Source: a virus
DNA: 64,000 nucleotides
Reading direction: 5' to 3' (one strand)
Virus record (IMG/VR): IMGVR_UViG_3300025127_000022
Span: 12,276 to 76,275 of that record
Shown here: positions 18,106 through 25,537 of the stretch, in pieces
Layout of the letters: each line of letters begins with the position of its first letter
How positions within the stretch are numbered: the stretch's first letter is position 1
Made by a program: the position numbers and the translations under genes
Notes under the pieces: model-generated
The model's input: only the letters and a program-made list of their open reading frames with translations
Database searches by the model: none
What the model was told of the DNA's origin: nothing

Positions 18106-19746
18106 ATGAAAAAAATGAAAAAGAATTTAATTAACGAAGACATCAGAAAAATGATGGGTCTTATCGATTATGATAGGGGTAAAACTTTAACAGAAAATAA
18201 AGAATCTAATAAATCACAATTATTAAATGAAATTTTTCCCGCATTAGTAGCCTACGGTGCTGTAGCTGCAGGTCTATATAAAGCATGGGAATGGGGAGTA
18301 GACGCTTGGGGTTCTAAAAGTATAGATGCAAGAATAACTGACGCTTTAGACCAGACAACTTGGCCAAAAATCGAGAAGGCTATTAGAGAGACTGAGAAAG
18401 CAACGGGAGAAGATATTGAAGGAAAGTTTGATGTGGCAAGTGCATCAGAAGCTAAAAGAATGGCTAACGATTTAAATGCAGCATTTGATTATACATTCGG
18501 AACAGATGAGGACAAAATAGGTGATACATTTGCTGATATGGGTTCATTTATGGATTTAGCACGTGTTTCTTATGAATATGGTGACCGTCCTGACGGTGAT
18601 TTAGCTTATGAATTAGACGACGAATTGAGTCAATCTGATTTTAAAACTTACGTAAGTAATAATATGAAAAGTAAACCTTTAGCTGTTTTTAATGGTAAAT
18701 CTTACGATAGTCTAGAGAAATTATTAGCTGCTATAGCAGAAATGGCTAAACCAGCTGAGGAAGAAAAAACACCTAAATCAATCATTAAAGAAAAATTTGA
18801 AAATTTCCCATGTGTTCAGGTAGAAATTGAAAACGCAAAAGAAATTAAATACCCTTATAAAGGAAAAGAGGACCGAGTATATATTATCGCAGAAAATGGC
18901 GACCTAATGTTAGTAACAGTAGATGGAAGGTATAAAGCTAAAGTGGGTGGAGAAGTATCTTCAGGTAATATTGAATGTCCAGATGATTTTAGTATTGAAG
19001 ATGAAGGAGAATTAACATTATCAGAAGGTAGATATATTTTTGAACAAAACTTTGGTGGTATTAAATTAAATCCTAAAGGTAAACCTGCTGATGATGCCTC
19101 TGGTGAAGAAGAAGGTGGTGGAAGTTCATCTGGTGGAGGAAGTTCATCTGGTGGGGGAAGTAGATATACTAGAACCGATTTAGATTATATGGATGTTGTA
19201 TCTTGTAATGGTGAAGTAAAAAAAGGTGATAGAGGACAAGTAGTGAAAGACATTCAATCAAAATTAAATGAATCTCCTAAAGTAAATCCTAAATTAAAAG
19301 TAGATGGTATATTCGGTTCAAAAACTGAAGCAGCCATTAAACAAGCGGGGGGGACAAATGTATTTAACTGTGAACTTGCTAAAGCATTAGACGCTGAATC
19401 TAATAAACCTGAAGATAATGTAGCGGGTAAAGAAGAAAAAGATGGTGGTGAAAAAATAAGCCAAGCAGAAGCTAACGAACTAGATAAAGTTACAATAGAA
19501 AAAGAAGGTACTGATAAAGTGACCATTAAAGACCAGATAGCTGATTTAAATCAAGCGATTAGTCAACAACCTACTAAAGATGATTGTAAAGATTTAATTG
19601 CAAGTGCAGCCGCAGGAATAAAGATGGGTGTTCGAGTGAATGACCTTGGTTCATTAAAACAATGTTTTAATTCATATAATTTTTTCCCTTCTATTTCAGC
19701 GGGGAAAGTTAAAAAAACTTACGGAATAAAAGGAAAAGGTAATTAA
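18106..19746 (+). CDS. putative internal virion protein: class-B leader, annexin-like repeat, PG_binding_1 domain
   Basis: GTDEDKI...Y...LxxELDDELS; KKGDRGQVVKDIQSKL...VDGIFGSKTEAAIK. Confidence 0.7.
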   Translation: MKKMKKNLINEDIRKMMGLIDYDRGKTLTENKESNKSQLLNEIFPALVAYGAVAAGLYKAWEWGVDAWGSKSIDARITDALDQTTWPKIEKAIRETEKATGEDIEGKFDVASASEAKRMANDLNAAFDYTFGTDEDKIGDTFADMGSFMDLARVSYEYGDRPDGDLAYELDDELSQSDFKTYVSNNMKSKPLAVFNGKSYDSLEKLLAAIAEMAKPAEEEKTPKSIIKEKFENFPCVQVEIENAKEIKYPYKGKEDRVYIIAENGDLMLVTVDGRYKAKVGGEVSSGNIECPDDFSIEDEGELTLSEGRYIFEQNFGGIKLNPKGKPADDASGEEEGGGSSSGGGSSSGGGSRYTRTDLDYMDVVSCNGEVKKGDRGQVVKDIQSKLNESPKVNPKLKVDGIFGSKTEAAIKQAGGTNVFNCELAKALDAESNKPEDNVAGKEEKDGGEKISQAEANELDKVTIEKEGTDKVTIKDQIADLNQAISQQPTKDDCKDLIASAAAGIKMGVRVNDLGSLKQCFNSYNFFPSISAGKVKKTYGIKGKGN

Positions 19747-19747
19747 T

Positions 19748-19942
19748 ATGAATAAGTTAAAAGAAATATTCTCAAAGGTAACAAGTTGGGTGGACTCGAA
19801 AGGGTTCTCCGCTTTAGCATCTCTAGGAATTGGTATTGGTTTATGGATATTTGGATACAAAATTTATGCTGGAATTGCATTTGGTGTATTCTTAACCAGG
19901 AACTGGGACATTCTCCGAGGATGGTTAAAAAAAATAAATTAA
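19748..19942 (+). CDS. small two-TM membrane protein
   Basis: Hydrophobic Gly-rich hairpin; followed by a terminator. Confidence 0.65.
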   Translation: MNKLKEIFSKVTSWVDSKGFSALASLGIGIGLWIFGYKIYAGIAFGVFLTRNWDILRGWLKKIN

Positions 19943-19944
19943 AG

Positions 19945-19969
19945 AAAAAGGACTTCGGTCCTTTTTTTT
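19945..19969 (+). terminator. intrinsic terminator
   Basis: aaaaggac-ttcg-gtcc-tttttttt. Confidence 0.85.
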
Positions 19970-19996
19970 ATGCTCTAACGTAATATATTTATAGAT

Positions 19997-21001
19997 ATGT
20001 TAGAACTTCTTGAGTCAAAAAATAAAACACATATATTATCTAAAAAACTACCTCTAGAGTTAGATAATCGACTTTATAGTATGATTCACCTAATAGGTGG
20101 AATGGACTTTAGAGACGTGATAAGATTTGCAAATAATGCAAGTTTTGACCAGGTAACAGAACTACAACAGAAGGTAGAACAATTCCCATCAACCATAGAA
20201 GAAATAATGCCTTATGTAGGTGGTTTTCAGTACCTAAAGGACTCAAAAGAATACAATGAAATTTTAGATTTAATCTTTAGTCCTAACCCAGAAAACTTAT
20301 ATGAAGATGTGGAAGTAGGACCTGACGGCCTATACAATACAGACACTAACCCCTATTTTACCAGATACATCACACCAGAATTAAAAAAGATATTATTTAA
20401 AATGTGGGACAAAAAAGGGAGACCTAGTTACACAGATTTAAAATTATTGGGTGTTGATTCTGAAGAGTTATTCAAAGACGAACCGTTTGCGAATGTTCCC
20501 GATATTATAATGCCTGTCTTAATGATAGAATGGGTAGGGGGTATTCAAAATACAGAATTTGCTAAAGATAAGAGTTTTATTACATGGGAAGGTAATACAC
20601 AAGGAAGAGGAGATGGATTAATAAGATTTAGATTAGAACCTACAGGTTTTGATTATTCATTTGATGAACAAGAAAATTTTGGTGACGCGGGTTATTCATG
20701 TTGGTTTCTGAAAATATACATAGATAAAAATTCTATAGTTCCACGTAGTTACATCACCAGTAATGACAAGTTAGAATGGGAAGGGAGCAAGTGGAAAAGT
20801 GGTAAAGGTTATGGGGTGACGGAAGACGGATTTATAAAAATAACTAACTTATTCCCACCAGAGTATCTTAATAAAGAAATGTCATATAGAGACTACACCA
20901 ACCCACAAATGGACCTCATCGAAGGAATGTGGGAAAGTTACACAGAGTTAGCTTGTGAGTACTTCTGTAGTTTTTGTAGAGTGGAAGTAGTCTTAGTTTA
21001 A
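19997..21001 (+). CDS. hypothetical protein
   Basis: 334-aa ORF starting MLELLE. Confidence 0.7.
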   Translation: MLELLESKNKTHILSKKLPLELDNRLYSMIHLIGGMDFRDVIRFANNASFDQVTELQQKVEQFPSTIEEIMPYVGGFQYLKDSKEYNEILDLIFSPNPENLYEDVEVGPDGLYNTDTNPYFTRYITPELKKILFKMWDKKGRPSYTDLKLLGVDSEELFKDEPFANVPDIIMPVLMIEWVGGIQNTEFAKDKSFITWEGNTQGRGDGLIRFRLEPTGFDYSFDEQENFGDAGYSCWFLKIYIDKNSIVPRSYITSNDKLEWEGSKWKSGKGYGVTEDGFIKITNLFPPEYLNKEMSYRDYTNPQMDLIEGMWESYTELACEYFCSFCRVEVVLV

Positions 21002-21189
21002 AGACTTACTTTATCCTCACTGTATTTTTTACCCTCCTTTATAGATTCTAAATAAGCTCTAACTTTAGTACCAAGAGTAAAATTATTAGGGTTTTCTTTT
21101 CTTAAATTTTGTAGTTTTTCCAAGATTTCTATGTAATCATGGATTGTCATTATTTTTTCTTCCATTTTAAATTGTTTGAGTGAACCCAC
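20998..21189 (-). CDS. small hypothetical protein
   Basis: Convergent TTAA overlap with the previous gene; true start is probably downstream. Confidence 0.5.
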   Translation of the reverse strand: MGSLKQFKMEEKIMTIHDYIEILEKLQNLRKENPNNFTLGTKVRAYLESIKEGKKYSEDKVSL

Positions 21190-21382
21190 TTAAATCCAAT
21201 GATAGTTGGTTAGGGTTATTGTTTTTAATTTTTCTTATATACGTATTTCGTTCTTTTCTTTTTTTAATAGTTCTGGTATGAGCCTTTACAAAAGTACCGT
21301 CTTTTCTTCTATATTCTTTTATATGAACTTCAATATACGTTTCCATAACCATAATTTTAAACAATTTTTTATACTTTGTCAC
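21167..21382 (-). CDS. small basic protein with VxxYxRKDGTxVxxHxR motif
   Basis: VHIKEYRRKDGTFVKAHTR; C-terminal QLSLDL. Confidence 0.6.
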   Translation of the reverse strand: MTKYKKLFKIMVMETYIEVHIKEYRRKDGTFVKAHTRTIKKRKERNTYIRKIKNNNPNQLSLDLSGFTQTI

Positions 21383-21404
21383 TATTTATTATAAAAAAAG
21401 TATT

Positions 21405-21752
21405 ATGAATTTAAATCATCCACGTTGGGAAGGACATCAGTTTAATTATAGAAGGTCAAATCCTGTTCACTATAATAACTCAGCTGGTGAAACTTCTAGA
21501 ATTAGAAACTTGCACTCCACTAACACTGAATCAAGTAAGAATCAATTAAATGAATGGGCTAGTTTAAGTTCAGATAAGGGACAACTTAACATGGAACCAG
21601 AAAACCACGCCTTATCTGATGATAGACATGGTTTGGTGGTTAACCATTTAAATGAAGTTAGTCGATATGTTGACCAAGAGTCACTACATGAATTTGTAGA
21701 AGAGGTTAATAAAGTCGAGGAAAGATTAGGGTACGTTAAGAAAAATCGTTAA
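21405..21752 (+). CDS. hypothetical protein
   Basis: 115-aa ORF. Confidence 0.55.
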   Translation: MNLNHPRWEGHQFNYRRSNPVHYNNSAGETSRIRNLHSTNTESSKNQLNEWASLSSDKGQLNMEPENHALSDDRHGLVVNHLNEVSRYVDQESLHEFVEEVNKVEERLGYVKKNR

Positions 21753-22216
21753 GCGTTACCCCAAGTAATTTTTTTAATATCAATCCTTCTTCCTCCCCAT
21801 GCTCTTATATCTTCACAAATACCAAATAATTTAAGATAATTAGCAATTTTTTTCTGGGAAATACTACGAATATGCTCTCTAATTCGTTTGTGGTGTTCGT
21901 GACCCCAAGCTCTATCATAACGGTAATAGTCATTTCTTCCCACTTTAGCTACTTCTTCGATAGGTTTTAAGTTATTACCATCATCATTCCAAGAACCTCT
22001 AGTGGTTGCAGTTCCAGATACAACTATATTAACATATAACTTACTCCAAGAAGTAGGATTAAGTGGCGTTTCGTCTTCATACCAGCGTTCTTCTGTAGTT
22101 CCGATGGTCTGAATTCGAACAGTAATGTCCACACCAGTATCACGGTCTTCTAAACTGTTAAACTTAAATCTTTCTTTCTTAATAATCTGTTGTATTTTTT
22201 TCGGTAATCTTTTCAT
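21749..22216 (-). CDS. early hypothetical protein
   Basis: Preceded by TTTG-N19-TATCTTTG. Confidence 0.7.
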   Translation of the reverse strand: MKRLPKKIQQIIKKERFKFNSLEDRDTGVDITVRIQTIGTTEERWYEDETPLNPTSWSKLYVNIVVSGTATTRGSWNDDGNNLKPIEEVAKVGRNDYYRYDRAWGHEHHKRIREHIRSISQKKIANYLKLFGICEDIRAWGGRRIDIKKITWGNA

Positions 22217-22220
22217 ACTA

Positions 22221-22251
22221 CAAAGATAATAAAAAAATCCTAACCACCAAA
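22221..22251 (-). promoter_or_regulatory. Bacteroidota primary-sigma promoter (-33 TTTG, -7 TAnnTTTG)
   Basis: TTTG (22248-22251), 19-nt spacer, TATCTTTG (22221-22228). Confidence 0.75.
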
Positions 22252-22281
22252 CTAAATGTGAAATAAAATATATTTATTGGT

Positions 22282-23691
22282 ATGAAAATTAAATTATCTG
22301 AAGAACAGTATAAAAAATTGATGAACGAAATAGGTGGGTATGATGACCCAGCTACAGGTATGAGAGATGAACAAGCTATGATGGATAGAGTAATCGAAGC
22401 TTATAAAAATCTCACAAACGGAATGAATATACTTAGTGATTTAATTCCAGGTGTCATAGTACAAGACCGTCTGAGAAACCAACTGATGGAAATTAGAGAA
22501 TCTTTAGTTAATCCGTTAAATGGATTTAGTGCACTATTGAGGGATATCCATGGTCAACAAGATGAAGGACATATGGAAGATACAGATATCGAATTAGATG
22601 AAGGAAGAAAAAAGAAAAGAAAATCTAAAAAGAAAAAATCTAAAAAGAAAAAATCTAAAAAAGGTGATAGGTGTACTAGAATAGCTAAAAGAAAATATGA
22701 TGTATGGCCTTCAGCTTATGCGTCAGGTGCGGTAGTTAGATGTAGGAGAGGAGAGATTTGGAAAGGACTTAACGAAGAAGATATTTCAAATGTTAATGAA
22801 GGTTGGTCTGACGAATATAAAAAATCCATAGATTGTAATAACCCAAAAGGATTCTCACAAAAAGCTCACTGTGACGGTAAAAAAAAAGCGTCACTAGAAG
22901 AAGCTAAAAGAAAAAAAAGAAAATCAAAAAAAAGAAAGTTAACTTCTAAACCTAGTTCTGAAGGCAGTTTACGTGATTGGTTTAAAAGAAAAGGTGCTAA
23001 AGGTAGTACTGGAGGTTGGGTAGATTGTAACGCACCCGATGGTGATGGTGGTTATAAATCCTGTGGTAGACAAAAAGGCGAAAAAAGAAGTAAGTATCCC
23101 GCTTGTAGACCAACACCGTCCGCGTGTAAAAGTAAGGGCAAAGGTAAAAAATGGGGAAAAAAAGCTTCACGTAACGAATCTTTAATGTACCACCTAAAAA
23201 ATAATATTCCTTTAAATGAAAGTGTTTTTAGATATGGGAGTGACTCTCACTTTAACTTAATTAATGACGCTAGAAATTTATTTAAAGAAAATGAGTTACA
23301 ATTAAATCCTGTAGAAAAAGATTTGGTGGAAAGTGATATGGGTAGATTTGGTTATTACCAAAATGAGTTAGTCCCGTTAGACTTACCAATGGAACTTAAT
23401 GAAGCTGAATATAGAGGTAAAAAAGTTACATTAAACAAACCTAAAAGAGGTGGGTCTAAAGCGTATTACGTTTACGTTAAAAATCCAAAAACAGGGAATG
23501 TTAAAAAAGTGGCTTTTGGTTCTTCAGGTCTTAGAGCAAAAATTAATAATCGAGGTGCTGTTAAGAGTTTTGTAGCACGTCATAGATGTAAAGAAAAAAA
23601 CGATAAAACTAAACCAGGTTATTGGTCCTGTAGATTACCTAGATATGCTAAATCTTTAGGATTATCTGGTGGAGGTGGACAATGGTGGTAA
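22282..23691 (+). CDS. multi-module basic protein (putative head-packaged polyprotein)
   Basis: Class-A leader; Lys-rich Cys-containing modules each starting after an LDE/VNE/LEE/LNE site. Confidence 0.7.
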   Translation: MKIKLSEEQYKKLMNEIGGYDDPATGMRDEQAMMDRVIEAYKNLTNGMNILSDLIPGVIVQDRLRNQLMEIRESLVNPLNGFSALLRDIHGQQDEGHMEDTDIELDEGRKKKRKSKKKKSKKKKSKKGDRCTRIAKRKYDVWPSAYASGAVVRCRRGEIWKGLNEEDISNVNEGWSDEYKKSIDCNNPKGFSQKAHCDGKKKASLEEAKRKKRKSKKRKLTSKPSSEGSLRDWFKRKGAKGSTGGWVDCNAPDGDGGYKSCGRQKGEKRSKYPACRPTPSACKSKGKGKKWGKKASRNESLMYHLKNNIPLNESVFRYGSDSHFNLINDARNLFKENELQLNPVEKDLVESDMGRFGYYQNELVPLDLPMELNEAEYRGKKVTLNKPKRGGSKAYYVYVKNPKTGNVKKVAFGSSGLRAKINNRGAVKSFVARHRCKEKNDKTKPGYWSCRLPRYAKSLGLSGGGGQWW

Positions 23692-23695
23692 TAAC

Positions 23696-23956
23696 ATGAA
23701 TTTTCCATTTAAAGAACATACCCAAGATGGGTACCACATTAGAACTTTTTCACAAAAAGTAGATAGTGAAGAATTAATGTGGCATAGAGACAAAGAAGAT
23801 AGAATAGTGGAATCTGTTGGTGACACTAACTGGATGATTCAACTAGATGACAAATTACCACAACCACTAACAGAAAAAGTATTTATACCCAAAGAGGTGT
23901 ATCACAGAGTAATAAAAGGAAATGGTGATTTAACAGTAAAAGTTAAAAAATTATGA
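23696..23956 (+). CDS. cupin-like protein
   Basis: WHRDxEDR and FIPKxxYHRVIKG metal-binding cupin pattern; ATG 23696 follows the upstream stop. Confidence 0.65.
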   Translation: MNFPFKEHTQDGYHIRTFSQKVDSEELMWHRDKEDRIVESVGDTNWMIQLDDKLPQPLTEKVFIPKEVYHRVIKGNGDLTVKVKKL

Positions 23957-24600
23957 AAATTAGAATAACAGAGTCACAATATAATTTAATTCTAGAAGGT
24001 AAAGAAGATAACTTTAAAAGAGTTAAACTTCCTTATGACTATTCTGATTTAGAAAAATTTGTCGGTAGAGAAACCATGTGGGAGCACTATAATCGTCATT
24101 ATAAAGGTTACACCACCAAACTTAATGAAGCGTTTTCCCATAGAAAAAATCCACCTAAAGATATTGTAGGTATTATTAAAAACATTGGTAGGTACGATAA
24201 ATTTACCAGAGATAATGCGGGTGGTTATTATAATCATAGTTTATTCTGGAATTACTTAAGTCCTAAACCTACTAAACCCTCACCAGAATTAAGTAAAAAA
24301 ATAAATGAGGATTTTGGGAGTATGTCTAAATTTAAAAAGAAATTTGACGAAGAGTCTGCTAAAGTTTTTGGTTCAGGTTGGTGCTGGTTAGTATTTAAAA
24401 GTGGTAAACTCAAAGTTATTACTACACCAAACCAAGATAACCCTCTTATGGATAATTTAGGTAAACCTCTTTTAGGGTTAGATGTGTGGGAACACGCTTA
24501 CTATTTAAATTACATGGCAGACCGTAAAAAATACATTAAAAATTTCTGGAAAGTAGTTAACTGGGATACAGTTTCTAAAGAATTTAATTTGGTAGTTTAA
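23953..24600 (+). CDS. sodA: Mn/Fe superoxide dismutase with N-terminal class-A leader
   Basis: LPYxYxxLE, H...H..Y, NAGGxxNHSLFW, FGSGWxWL, NQDNP and DVWEHAYY motifs. Confidence 0.93.
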   Translation: MKIRITESQYNLILEGKEDNFKRVKLPYDYSDLEKFVGRETMWEHYNRHYKGYTTKLNEAFSHRKNPPKDIVGIIKNIGRYDKFTRDNAGGYYNHSLFWNYLSPKPTKPSPELSKKINEDFGSMSKFKKKFDEESAKVFGSGWCWLVFKSGKLKVITTPNQDNPLMDNLGKPLLGLDVWEHAYYLNYMADRKKYIKNFWKVVNWDTVSKEFNLVV

Positions 24601-24619
24601 AAAATTTTACTTATATTTG
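24588..24619 (+). promoter_or_regulatory. Bacteroidota primary-sigma promoter
   Basis: TTTG (24588-24591), 20-nt spacer, TATATTTG (24612-24619). Confidence 0.7.
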
Positions 24620-24644
24620 TATTATAATATTTAAACCGATACAA

Positions 24645-24926
24645 ATGACAGTAAAAGAATTAAAAGAAAAATGTAGAGAACAAGGTCTGAAAGTTTCAGG
24701 TACTAAACAACAACTACTTGACCGATTAAATAATCCTGACAGTGAAGATGTCATGACTCTACCTAACTCTAATAAAGTAATCGTAGGATTTGCACTAAAA
24801 GACCCCAACAAAATTAAACTTAATCCCTTACTTCTTAAAGGATTCGCTCATTTCAAGTATTATTCTTGCGATAAATGGTATTATGAAGTTAATAAAGAAA
24901 AATGGGCTGAAGCGTTAAAATCTTAA
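24645..24926 (+). CDS. SAP-domain protein
   Basis: MTVKELKEKCREQGLKVSGTKQQLLDRL matches the SAP consensus. Confidence 0.8.
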   Translation: MTVKELKEKCREQGLKVSGTKQQLLDRLNNPDSEDVMTLPNSNKVIVGFALKDPNKIKLNPLLLKGFAHFKYYSCDKWYYEVNKEKWAEALKS

Positions 24927-25021
24927 AAAAAAAAGATAAAAAAAGTGACTTATCGTAATTTTTGATATATTTATCTTTGTATTACCTTAACAGGTAAAAC
25001 TTTTACTTTCCTCATCATAAA

Positions 25022-25047
25022 AAAAAGGGACCCTCGGGTCCCTTTTT
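25022..25047. terminator. bidirectional intrinsic terminator
   Basis: aaaaagggaccc-tc-gggtcccttttt. Confidence 0.85.
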
Positions 25048-25141
25048 GTTTTAGATACTTTCTCTCCTTTTTAAAATTTTTAGTAATGTTTATTTAACTA
25101 GTTACATCTATAAATATCATGTAAAAAGCGTAAAATAACCG

Positions 25142-25486
25142 TTACCTCCAAAAAATCTGTATCATTACTAACACTAAAGCAAGTGATAAAGAAACAAATG
25201 TTTTGGTGGTGATACCCTCACCCATAAAAAACCAAGTACACGCAGCAAATATAAAAATTCCTAAACCAAAGCCTAAAAGTCTTTGAGCCCATAGAACATT
25301 ATTAAATCCCTGATAACCAAGTTTAGTGGCTACTATAAAAAAATAACTAACTGGTGCACCCATTAAAGAAAGTACCAGTGGGTTTTTATCAAACCATTTC
25401 CAAATAAATTGGCCATTTAACTGAAACCAAACACATATTTGCCCTACCATGAGGAGTAACATACAAAGTAATATATCTTTATTCAT
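25142..25486 (-). CDS. four-TM small membrane protein (SMR/DMT-like topology)
   Basis: Four hydrophobic helices in 114 aa. Confidence 0.6.
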   Translation of the reverse strand: MNKDILLCMLLLMVGQICVWFQLNGQFIWKWFDKNPLVLSLMGAPVSYFFIVATKLGYQGFNNVLWAQRLLGFGLGIFIFAACTWFFMGEGITTKTFVSLSLALVLVMIQIFWR

Positions 25487-25537
25487 AATTAAAATATAGT
25501 ATTTTTATTTAAACAAGTCCACGATATTTATTATTAT

